A DNA stretch of 20,000 bases, taken from the sequence record DRR378314_1931, one strand, 5' to 3'. Positions within the stretch are counted from its first letter, which is position 1. Every line of letters begins with the position of its first letter. Of this stretch, positions 9,403-17,101 are shown in pieces. The notes under the pieces are model-generated. The model saw only the letters and a program-made list of their open reading frames with translations, had not been told where the DNA came from and did not search any database. A program made the translations under genes and the position numbers.

Positions 9403-9506
9403 AATTAACTCCTGAACAAGCTGTCGCAGCGGCGAATGATTGCTGCGCTTCACCTTCATGGTAACATATTAACTTATAGGATAATCCCAACTGAGGTGAA
9501 GTGGTA

Positions 9507-10616
9507 GTGTCCAAACAGCAAATGTCTCCACTAGAACGTTATCAGTATGATATAGAGCACAATGATTTCTCGAAAGATGCTGCGCAGCTAAACGCTGTTA
9601 AACATTTGCAAAGACTGCATGATGAGTTTATTGAGTGGCATCAATATCAGACTCTGCCAGGCTGGCAAAAGTGGTTTAACAAAGAGCCGGAACAGCCTCA
9701 GGGCATCTACTTTTGGGGTGGTGTCGGCCGTGGGAAAACCTATCTGGTTGATACCTTCTTTGAAAGTCTGCCAATTGAGCGTAAATGGCGAATCCACTTT
9801 CACCGATTCATGCACCGGGTTCATAATGAACTTAAACAACTGGATAAGCAGAGCGATCCGTTACGCATTGTGGCTGATAACATTGCCGCCGAAGCACGAA
9901 TTGTCTGCTTTGACGAGTTTTTTGTGCAGGATATTACCGATGCCATGTTACTGGGTAGGCTGTTTGAGTACTTGTTTGAGAAAGGGGTGGTGCTGGTAGC
10001 GACTTCAAACATCGTTCCTGACGAACTCTATAAAAACGGACTGCAACGCGCACGTTTCATTCCTGCTATTAAACTCATCAATCAGCACTGCGAAGTGGTT
10101 AATGTGGATAGCGGCATTGATTATCGTCTTCGAACGCTTACCCGGGCGGAAATTTTTCATTCGCCACTGGATGAAAAAGCCGATAAGAATTTATGGAAAT
10201 ACTTCAAAGAGCTAGCGCCTGAATGTAAAGAGCGTTACGAATCAGACTGTATTGAAATTGAAGGACGGGATATTGACGTTCGGGCAGAGTGTGACGATGT
10301 GGTATTTTTTGATTTTACCTCCATTTGTAAGACAGCCCGTAGCCAAAATGACTACATGGAAATAGCCAGACTTTACCATGCGGTATTGATTAGTAATGTT
10401 GAGCAAATGGGCGCAGGGAAAGATGATACGGCTCGCCGCTTTATAGCGTTAGTTGATGAATTTTATGAGCGTCGGGTGAAACTGATTTTGTCAGCAGATG
10501 TGAGTATTGAAGCTCTCTATACGGAAGGCCAGTTAACTTTCGAGTTTCGCCGTTGTGTCAGCCGACTGCAGGAAATGCAAAGTCAGGAATATCTGGCAAT
10601 GGCTCATAAAGCATAA
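9507..10616 (+). CDS. zapE: Cell-division AFG1/ZapE family ATPase
   Basis: Walker A WGGVGRGKT, HFHRFM, Walker B CFDEF, ATSN, LYKNGLQR, RRFIALVDEFY, SRLQEM. Start uncertain (GTG 9501, GTG 9507 best spaced from GAGGTG, or ATG 9522). Confidence 0.95.
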   Translation: MSKQQMSPLERYQYDIEHNDFSKDAAQLNAVKHLQRLHDEFIEWHQYQTLPGWQKWFNKEPEQPQGIYFWGGVGRGKTYLVDTFFESLPIERKWRIHFHRFMHRVHNELKQLDKQSDPLRIVADNIAAEARIVCFDEFFVQDITDAMLLGRLFEYLFEKGVVLVATSNIVPDELYKNGLQRARFIPAIKLINQHCEVVNVDSGIDYRLRTLTRAEIFHSPLDEKADKNLWKYFKELAPECKERYESDCIEIEGRDIDVRAECDDVVFFDFTSICKTARSQNDYMEIARLYHAVLISNVEQMGAGKDDTARRFIALVDEFYERRVKLILSADVSIEALYTEGQLTFEFRRCVSRLQEMQSQEYLAMAHKA

Positions 10617-10630
10617 ATTTCAGAAAATGC

Positions 10631-10665
10631 GTGATCTTTAACCGAATTTTTCCTATAATCCGCGC
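10631..10665 (+). promoter_or_regulatory. sigma70 promoter of rplM-rpsI with GC-rich discriminator
   Basis: GTGATC (10631-10636), 17 nt, TATAAT (10654-10659), then CCGCGC, a stringent-control type discriminator. Confidence 0.75.
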
Positions 10666-10667
10666 AG

Positions 10668-10813
10668 CCCACGTTACAGTCCGTTGTGTTACATAACGTA
10701 ATGCAGCGGTCGCAGCAGATAACTAAATGATTTCTATCATTTTTTTATTGTTGTGATTCGCGGGGAAGCCCGGAATTACTGTCCGTGAACTTTTAAAATG
10801 TAGGTTTTATACA
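10668..10813 (+). promoter_or_regulatory. Structured rplM 5' leader (probable L13 autogenous operator)
   Basis: Begins CCCACGTTACA as I recall for the enterobacterial rplM leader; folds by eye into a closing stem plus three hairpins; weak SD. Confidence 0.65.
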
Positions 10814-11242
10814 ATGAAAACATTTGTAGCCAAGCCAGAAACGGTAAAACGCGACTGGTACGTAGTAGACGCTGAAGGCAAAACTTTAGGTCGTTTAGCT
10901 ACTGAAATCGCTCGTCGTTTACGCGGCAAGCATAAGCCTGAGTACACTCCTCACGTTGATACCGGCGACTATATCGTCGTCATTAACGCTGAGAAAATTA
11001 CTGTTACCGGTAATAAAGCTCAGGGCAAGATGTACTACTCGCACACTGGATTTCCGGGTGGTATCAAATCAATCAGTTTTGAAAAACTGATTGCTAAGAA
11101 ACCAGAGATGGTCATTCAGAAAGCGGTGAAAGGTATGTTACCCCGTGGTCCATTGGGTCGTGCCATGTTCCGTAAACTGAAAGTGTACGCAGGTACTGAG
11201 CATAACCATATTGCTCAACAACCTAAACAACTGGATATATAA
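10814..11242 (+). CDS. rplM: 50S ribosomal protein L13
   Basis: [52 protein letters not shown]; 142 aa. Confidence 0.99.
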   Translation: MKTFVAKPETVKRDWYVVDAEGKTLGRLATEIARRLRGKHKPEYTPHVDTGDYIVVINAEKITVTGNKAQGKMYYSHTGFPGGIKSISFEKLIAKKPEMVIQKAVKGMLPRGPLGRAMFRKLKVYAGTEHNHIAQQPKQLDI

Positions 11243-11259
11243 TACGGAGCAAGAACACT

Positions 11260-11652
11260 ATGGCAGATAATCAATACTACGGTACTGGTCGTCGCAAAAA
11301 CTCCACGGCTCGCGTATTTTTGCGTCCTGGTAGCGGCAACATCAAAATTAACAACCGTGAACTGAACGAATACTTCGGTCGTGAAACGGCTCAAATGGTT
11401 GTTCGTCAACCATTAGAATTAGTTGAAATGACTGAAAAGTTTGACATGTACATCACTGTAAGTGGTGGTGGTACTACCGGTCAGGCGGGTGCAATTCGTC
11501 ACGGTATTACTCGTGCATTAATGCAATACGACGAAGCTTTACGTGGTCCATTACGTAAAGAAGGTTACGTTACCCGTGACGCTCGTCAAGTTGAACGTAA
11601 GAAAATCGGCTTGCATAAAGCACGTAAACGTCCACAGTTCTCAAAGCGTTAA
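11260..11652 (+). CDS. rpsI: 30S ribosomal protein S9
   Basis: YYGTGRRK...[19 protein letters not shown]...PQFSKR; 130 aa. Confidence 0.99.
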   Translation: MADNQYYGTGRRKNSTARVFLRPGSGNIKINNRELNEYFGRETAQMVVRQPLELVEMTEKFDMYITVSGGGTTGQAGAIRHGITRALMQYDEALRGPLRKEGYVTRDARQVERKKIGLHKARKRPQFSKR

Positions 11653-11673
11653 TTCGTCTTTGTTTTTTGTGGC

Positions 11674-11700
11674 AAAACCCAGCTTCGGCTGGGTTTTTTT
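11674..11700 (+). terminator. Rho-independent terminator of rplM-rpsI
   Basis: AAAACCCAGC-TTCG-GCTGGGTTTTTTT; cUUCGg tetraloop and 7 T. Confidence 0.95.
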
Positions 11701-11746
11701 ATGTCAAAAATAAATGGAAATAGACCAATAAGGGCGGCTATTAAGC

Positions 11747-11775
11747 TTGTAAAAAGTGTGTCTTTTCATTATCAT
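11747..11775 (+). promoter_or_regulatory. sigma70 promoter for petABC
   Basis: TTGTAA (11747-11752), 17 nt, TATCAT (11770-11775), downstream of the rpsI terminator. Confidence 0.65.
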
Positions 11776-11877
11776 CTCAAAGCATTTTCTGTAATCCGCA
11801 TCAGCGGACAAAGCAGCAGCTAATTCCCGACTTCGCGACAACGCATCGTGGAGCGTCCAAAACTGGAGAATAGATGG

Positions 11878-12468
11878 ATGAGCAATGCGCCTGTAGATAA
11901 AGGCCGCCGTCGTTTTTTGACTGTCGCAACCTCAGTGGTAGGTGGTGCAGGAGCGGTAGCAGTAGCCGTTCCTTTCATAGCATCGTGGAACCCAAGTGCG
12001 AAAGCAAAAAACGCGGGAGCGCCCGTAGAAGTAAATATACGCAAAGCTGAGCCTGGCCAGCTAGTCCGTGTTAAATGGCGTGGCAAGCCTGTGTGGGTGG
12101 TTCGCCGTACACCGGACATGCTTGAAGAGTTGGGTGAAATAGAAGGTAGGCTTCGCGATCCGAATTCTCAAGAACCGCAGCAGCCACCTTATGCGGCAAA
12201 TCAATATCGCTCAATTAAAGAAGAATTCTTCGTTGCGGTTGGTATTTGTACCCACCTTGGTTGCTCTCCATCTTATCTTGCGAGCGGAATGGGGGAGCAC
12301 GTTGAGGGCGTTGAGTCTGGCTTTTTCTGCCCATGCCACGGTTCTAAATTTGATGTCGCAGGGCGCGTATTCCAAGGTGTTCCTGCACCACTGAACCTGG
12401 TCGTGCCGCCACATTATTTTATCGACGATAACACCATTTTGGTGGGTGAAGATAAGGGGCAAGCATAA
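11878..12468 (+). CDS. petA: Ubiquinol-cytochrome c reductase Rieske Fe-S subunit
   Basis: Start reassigned to ATG 11878 (GGAGA RBS at 11865-11869); Tat motif GRRRFL, Rieske boxes CTHLGC and CPCHGS; 196 aa. Confidence 0.97.
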   Translation: MSNAPVDKGRRRFLTVATSVVGGAGAVAVAVPFIASWNPSAKAKNAGAPVEVNIRKAEPGQLVRVKWRGKPVWVVRRTPDMLEELGEIEGRLRDPNSQEPQQPPYAANQYRSIKEEFFVAVGICTHLGCSPSYLASGMGEHVEGVESGFFCPCHGSKFDVAGRVFQGVPAPLNLVVPPHYFIDDNTILVGEDKGQA

Positions 12469-13736
12469 TGTTTAAGCGATTTGTAGAGTGGATGGATGCC
12501 CGCATCCCCATGACCAAAACCTGGAACATCCACCTGGCGCAGTATCCAGCTCCAAAAAACTTTAACATGTGGTATGTTTTTGGCTTTTTGGCAACCATCG
12601 TATTAATTAACCAAATACTGACTGGTGTCTGGTTAACCATGAACTATGTCCCAAGCGCCGACGGTGCCTTTGCCTCGGTTGAATACATCATGCGTGATGT
12701 CGAATACGGCTGGTTGTTGCGTTATATGCACTCCACCGGTGCCTCTGCGTTCTTCGTTGTCGTTTATCTGCATATGTTCCGCGGTATGATGTACGGTTCT
12801 TACCAGAAGCCTCGTGAGCTTATTTGGCTGTTTGGTATGTTCATCTTCCTGGTACTGATGGCCGAAGCCTTTATGGGCTACTTGCTGCCTTGGGGACAAA
12901 TGTCTTACTGGGGCGCACAGGTTATTATTTCACTATTCGGTGCCATACCGGTTATTGGTGATGATTTAACCTTATGGATACGTGGTGATTACGTTATTTC
13001 CGGAGCGACGCTAAATCGTTTCTTTGCGCTGCACGTTATTGCTCTGCCGCTAGTACTGGTTATTCTGGTGTTCCTGCACATTGTCGCTTTGCATGAGGTT
13101 GGTTCGAACAACCCTGACGGTATCGATACTAAGAAGCCGAAAGGCTCTGTGCCAGATGAAGAAAAGCCGAAGTTTAAGTTCCACGAGCGCTTTACTAACA
13201 AGAAAGACATTGTCGATTCTATTCCGTTTTTCCCTTACTACATTATTAAGGATTTGTTCGGGTTCGGCGTGTTCTTGTTCTTGTTCTGTTACGTTATTTT
13301 CTTCAACCCGGAAATGGGAGGCTTTTTCCTTGAGCCGCCTAACTTTGAGCCGGCGAACCCCTTGAAAACACCGGAACACATTGCTCCTGTATGGTATTTC
13401 ACGCCGTTCTATGCAATTTTACGTGCGGTGCCCGACAAGCTGTTTGGTGTTATTTTGATGTTCGCTGCTATTGTCTTCCTGGCCCTGTTGCCTTGGCTAG
13501 ACCGTGGGCGAGTACGTTCTATTCGCTATCGTAGCCTGTTGCATAAGCTAAACCTCGGCGTATTTGCCATCAGTTTCGTTGTGCTGGGTTATCTGGGAAC
13601 GCAACCTGCAACTCCGGTTGCAACAATATTCGCACAGATATTTACGTTCCTGTACTTTGCATTCTTCGGGCTGCTTTGGTTCTACAGTAAGCGCGAGAAG
13701 ACTAAACCGGTACCAGAAAGGGTGACGTCGAAATGA
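12468..13736 (+). CDS. petB: Cytochrome b
   Basis: GWLLRYMHSTGAS, YLHMFRG, GYLLPWGQMSYWGA, RFFALH...FLH heme ligands, TPEHIAPVWY Qo motif; TAATG overlap with petA. Confidence 0.98.
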   Translation: MFKRFVEWMDARIPMTKTWNIHLAQYPAPKNFNMWYVFGFLATIVLINQILTGVWLTMNYVPSADGAFASVEYIMRDVEYGWLLRYMHSTGASAFFVVVYLHMFRGMMYGSYQKPRELIWLFGMFIFLVLMAEAFMGYLLPWGQMSYWGAQVIISLFGAIPVIGDDLTLWIRGDYVISGATLNRFFALHVIALPLVLVILVFLHIVALHEVGSNNPDGIDTKKPKGSVPDEEKPKFKFHERFTNKKDIVDSIPFFPYYIIKDLFGFGVFLFLFCYVIFFNPEMGGFFLEPPNFEPANPLKTPEHIAPVWYFTPFYAILRAVPDKLFGVILMFAAIVFLALLPWLDRGRVRSIRYRSLLHKLNLGVFAISFVVLGYLGTQPATPVATIFAQIFTFLYFAFFGLLWFYSKREKTKPVPERVTSK

Positions 13737-14467
13737 AAAAATTGTTAATCGCTCTTATAACTTTGGTTCCGTCGCTTGTATTTGCGGCGGGCCCTGAAGT
13801 TCCCTTGGACAAGGCCGAAGTCGACTTACACGATAAAGCCTCACTGCAGCGCGGCGCGCAGTTATACATGAACTACTGTCTGGGTTGCCACCAACTGCAG
13901 TACCATCGTTATAACCGCACTTTTGAGGATCTTGGTATTCCGCAAGAGTTAGGCGAAAAGAACTTGCAGTTTACCGGCGACAAAGCCGGTGACAGAATTA
14001 CCAATAATATGAATCCTGAATCAGCAGCGAACTGGTTTGGTACCGCGGTACCCGATCTAACGAACGTAGCCCGTGTACGCGGAGCCGACTGGATTTATAC
14101 TTATTTACGTTCATTCTATAAAGATGACAGCCGTCCTTTCGGCGTCAATAATGCGGTGTTCCCAAATGTCGGAATGCCCCATGTATTGCAAGAACTTCAA
14201 GGGCTTCCGGAGAAGACCTATGAAGAACGCCTAATAGACGGTGAAATGGAAGACGTGTACGTCGGTATTGAAACCGATGGTGGCGGGCGCTTATCTGAAA
14301 GTGAATATGATCAAGCCATGTTGGATTTAACCGCTTTTCTGGTTTATACCGGAGAACCTATGTTATTAGAACAACGTCGCATTGGTTGGTTTGTTTTTGG
14401 TTTCCTGCTGGTATTCACCATTTTGGCATGGTTACTGAAAAAAGAGTTTTGGAAAGACCTGAAATAA
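13733..14467 (+). CDS. petC: Cytochrome c1
   Basis: Signal peptide, SLQRGAQLY, CLGCH heme motif, GMP axial Met, C-terminal TM and KKEFWKD; ATGA overlap with petB. Confidence 0.97.
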   Translation: MKKLLIALITLVPSLVFAAGPEVPLDKAEVDLHDKASLQRGAQLYMNYCLGCHQLQYHRYNRTFEDLGIPQELGEKNLQFTGDKAGDRITNNMNPESAANWFGTAVPDLTNVARVRGADWIYTYLRSFYKDDSRPFGVNNAVFPNVGMPHVLQELQGLPEKTYEERLIDGEMEDVYVGIETDGGGRLSESEYDQAMLDLTAFLVYTGEPMLLEQRRIGWFVFGFLLVFTILAWLLKKEFWKDLK

Positions 14468-14490
14468 TCGGGGCTTATCAGTCTGTTAGA

Positions 14491-14532
14491 CAACGGCTTA
14501 AGAAAGGGTGGCTTGCCACCCTTTTGCCGTTG
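14491..14532 (+). terminator. Terminator-like hairpin between petC and sspA
   Basis: AAAGGGTGG-CTTG-CCACCCTTT (14503-14524) ending in a T4 run, flanked by an outer pair CAACGGC (14491-14497) / GCCGTTG (14526-14532). Confidence 0.65.
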
Positions 14533-14551
14533 ATATTATCTGGAGAAAGGA

Positions 14552-15175
14552 ATGGCTGTTGCAGCAAATAAACGCTCAGTAATGACGTTATATTCAGGAA
14601 AGGATGACTTAAAGAGTCATCAGGTACGTCTGGTGTTAGCTGAGAAAGGTGTTGGGGTCGAAATTACCTATGTGACCGACGAAAGTACGCCGGAGGATTT
14701 GTTACAGCTTAATCCGTACCCAGAGGCTAAACCCACTCTGGTTGACCGTGAGCTTGTGCTTTATAACGCTCAAATCATTATGGAATACTTGGACGAGCGT
14801 TTCCCGCATCCTCCTTTAATGCCTGTTTACCCGGTTGCTCGTGGTACGAGTCGTTTAATGATGTACCGAATTGAGCGCGACTGGTATAGCCTGGCTGAAA
14901 AGATCCAAAAGAACGATGCTCAGGCAAGGCAGGAACTGAAAGAAGGTATTCTTTCCCTGGCTCCTATTTTTGCCGATACACCGTATTTTATGAGCGAAGA
15001 ATTTAGTCTGGTTGATTGTTATTTGGCTCCTCTGCTTTGGCGTTTGCCTGCTTACGGTATCGATTTAGAAGGTCAGGGCGCAAAAGAAATAAAGCAATAT
15101 ATGGTACGCCTGTTTGAACGCAAAACGTTCCAGGATTCTTTAACAGAAGAAGAGAAAGAACTCGCGCGTAATTAA
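14552..15175 (+). CDS. sspA: Stringent starvation protein A (GST fold)
   Basis: MAVAANKRSVMTLYSG, SHQVRLVLAEKGV, IIMEYLDERFPHPPLMPVYPVARG, EFSLVDCYLAPLLWRLP. Confidence 0.98.
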   Translation: MAVAANKRSVMTLYSGKDDLKSHQVRLVLAEKGVGVEITYVTDESTPEDLLQLNPYPEAKPTLVDRELVLYNAQIIMEYLDERFPHPPLMPVYPVARGTSRLMMYRIERDWYSLAEKIQKNDAQARQELKEGILSLAPIFADTPYFMSEEFSLVDCYLAPLLWRLPAYGIDLEGQGAKEIKQYMVRLFERKTFQDSLTEEEKELARN

Positions 15176-15201
15176 TTTCATCGACGTCGAGGAGTTTTAC
15201 T

Positions 15202-15612
15202 ATGACGCCGAAAAGACCTTATCTGCTGCGTGCATTGTACGAGTGGATAGTTGATAACGACCTGACCCCACACTTGGTGGTTGATGCGACTATTGTGGGA
15301 ACCGTTGTGCCCCAGAACTTTGTTAGTGAAGGACAAATTGTACTAAACATTTCGCCAACAGCGGTTCAGGGGCTGCAACTGGCTGACCATGAAGTTCGCT
15401 TTAACGCGCGCTTTGGTGGACAGCCAATGCAGGTGATTGTGCCCATGACGGCGGCTTTAGCTATCTATGCCCGTGAGAACGGTGCCGGAGCGATGTTTGA
15501 GGCCGAGCCCGAACTGGACAAAATGCCTGAGCTTGATGAAGAAGATAAGGGTAGTGACGATGCTGAGCAAAAATCAGCAAAGAAAAAGCCCAACCTAAAA
15601 GTAGTTAAGTAA
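15202..15612 (+). CDS. sspB: ClpXP adaptor SspB
   Basis: RPYLLRALYEWIVDNDLTPHLVVDA, IVLNI, FNARFGG, AIYARENGAG, C-terminal ClpX-binding LKVVK; GAGGAG RBS. Confidence 0.98.
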   Translation: MTPKRPYLLRALYEWIVDNDLTPHLVVDATIVGTVVPQNFVSEGQIVLNISPTAVQGLQLADHEVRFNARFGGQPMQVIVPMTAALAIYARENGAGAMFEAEPELDKMPELDEEDKGSDDAEQKSAKKKPNLKVVK

Positions 15613-15618
15613 CAATAC

Positions 15619-15648
15619 AAAGCACTAACGCTTAATAGTTAGTGCTTT
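15619..15648. terminator. Bidirectional terminator-like hairpin at the sspB/dolP convergent junction
   Basis: AAAGCACTAAC-GCTTAATA-GTTAGTGCTTT, perfect 11-bp stem ending in TTT on both strands; overlaps the last codons and stop of dolP. Confidence 0.6.
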
Positions 15649-16200
15649 AATTACCCGCTCTACGCCATCTACGTTTCTGGCAACCTCTACTGCGGTATCT
15701 GCTTCAATCTGGCTTACATGGCCTAGTAAAAATACCTCAGCGTTCTCTGTCACTACTTTGATATTAGTTGCATCTATAGATTTATTATTAGCAAACTTGA
15801 GCTTAATTTTGCTGGTTATCCAGCTATCTCCGGCGCGCACGGCTGCCGATGCTTTAGAGCCAATACGCAGTTGATTGAAAATTTTATTAATACCGTTAGT
15901 GTCTTTGATGGTCTCTTCAGCTCTTCTTTTCAGAGCTTCGCTTGGAACCTGGCCAACCAAAAGAACATTAGTATCGTAACTGATAGCGACCACGCGGGCA
16001 TCTTCAAGTTGTTCATCATTTCCCAGTTTAGCGTTAGCTTTCAATTCGATAGTCTGATCATCCACTTGTGTTCCAATTGTCCGCGGATCAGTAGCTGAAG
16101 ATATTCCTACTGCGGCTGCTCCGACAGCAACTGCGGCGCAGCCCTGTAAACTTAATAAACTGATAAAAATGACGGGTAAAAAGGTTCTAGATAAAGTCAT
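15625..16200 (-). CDS. dolP: Dual-BON domain outer-membrane lipoprotein DolP (YraP)
   Basis: Lipobox LQGC, DPRTIGTQVDDQTIE, VLLVGQVP, DSWITSKIK, KVVTENAEVFLLG; 191 aa; follows diaA. Confidence 0.95.
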   Translation of the reverse strand: MTLSRTFLPVIFISLLSLQGCAAVAVGAAAVGISSATDPRTIGTQVDDQTIELKANAKLGNDEQLEDARVVAISYDTNVLLVGQVPSEALKRRAEETIKDTNGINKIFNQLRIGSKASAAVRAGDSWITSKIKLKFANNKSIDATNIKVVTENAEVFLLGHVSQIEADTAVEVARNVDGVERVIKALTIKR

Positions 16201-16205
16201 ACGCT

Positions 16206-16748
16206 TCAGTGCTCCTGCGGAAAGATCGTGTTTTCAATTTGTTCACACAAGCCGTGGACAATAAACAGCTGAGTTTCTAGTATACGAGCCGGATTTAAAC
16301 TGGGTGCCCTTAATTCGATATCGTTAGCACCTAGTAAACCGGAAACAGAATCGTTGCCCTCGCCGGTTAAAGCAATAATAAGCATATCGCGGCTAATAGC
16401 TGTTTCCATAACCGATGCTAACTCTTCATTCTCTTGGTTGTCTGCTATGACCAGTAGAATATCACCGGCTTGACCCAGTGCCGCAAGCTGTTTTTGCTTG
16501 CCAAGGGCCAATGCTAGTACTGGAAAGGGAGGACGCTCTAATTTCATGCCTTCGGTCATGAGGTTTGCAAAGTGCTGAGCAACGATTCCTGTCGTGCGGT
16601 CGCCGCAGCAAAAGACACGCTGACCATTCAACAAATTAGCCACTAACAGTTCCACCGTTGTGGCCATCTCGTCGGTCAGGCTTTCTACCGCTGAAATTTG
16701 TGTCTGTATGCTTTCTGTAAAAAGCGCCTTAATCAATTCGTCATTCAT
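16206..16748 (-). CDS. diaA: DnaA initiator-associating protein DiaA-like (divergent SIS/GmhA fold)
   Basis: IKALFTESIQTQI, LLNG..VFCCG, AQHF, ERP, ALGQAGD, RDMLIIALTG, C-terminal IFP; yraO position; carries an internal deletion and degenerate motifs. Confidence 0.85.
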   Translation of the reverse strand: MNDELIKALFTESIQTQISAVESLTDEMATTVELLVANLLNGQRVFCCGDRTTGIVAQHFANLMTEGMKLERPPFPVLALALGKQKQLAALGQAGDILLVIADNQENEELASVMETAISRDMLIIALTGEGNDSVSGLLGANDIELRAPSLNPARILETQLFIVHGLCEQIENTIFPQEH

Positions 16749-16750
16749 AG

Positions 16751-17101
16751 TCAGAATGCGTCCTTAAACCATTCAATTTTTGTTGGCTGACCTACTATTG
16801 CAATTACGTCGAAACGTATAGCCGCAGTATGTTCATCGATATTATTACTGAGTAAATAGTGGCGAGCGGTGTACCGGATTCGGCGACATTGCTGCGGCTG
16901 AATCTGTTCAATAACAGCCGCAAAACTCTCATCGTCCCGGAATTTCACCTCGCAAAACACCCAGTAATGACCGTCTCGGGCTATGATATCAACTTCACCA
17001 CCGTCAATACGGTAATTTTTGCAAATAATTGTAAGGTTGTTTTTCTTCAGAAACTCGGCTGAGAGCAATTCAGCGCGCTTACCGGTAACGACTTCCTGCA
17101 T
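16751..17101 (-). CDS. yraN: UPF0102 / YraN family PD-(D/E)XK nuclease-fold protein
   Basis: GKRAE, KNYR, GEVDIIA, VFCEVKFR, RFDVIAI, WFKDAF; overlaps the lpoA 3' end by 23 nt. Confidence 0.95.
   Translation of the reverse strand: MQEVVTGKRAELLSAEFLKKNNLTIICKNYRIDGGEVDIIARDGHYWVFCEVKFRDDESFAAVIEQIQPQQCRRIRYTARHYLLSNNIDEHTAAIRFDVIAIVGQPTKIEWFKDAF

Noticed and set aside
9425..9447. CGCAGC/GCTGCG stem in the zapG-zapE gap
   Set aside because: Only 6 Watson-Crick pairs on the zapG mRNA and no tail; too weak to call.
9403..9459. N-terminal extensions in the ORF track for zapG (also petA 11848, rsmI 18948, murA 5116)
   Set aside because: Downstream ATGs match the family N-termini and mostly have better RBS; the extensions are longest-ORF artefacts.
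13269..13290. Short TGTTCT tandem repeat in petB
   Set aside because: Simply encodes FLFLFC in a TM helix; hexamer unit, too few copies for phase variation.
13386..13397. PVWY instead of PEWY in the cytochrome b Qo motif
   Set aside because: Known normal variant in beta- and gammaproteobacteria.
15181..15190. Perfect 10-bp palindrome TCGACGTCGA abutting the sspB RBS
   Set aside because: Single copy with no loop or promoter context; 10-bp palindromes arise by chance in 20 kb.
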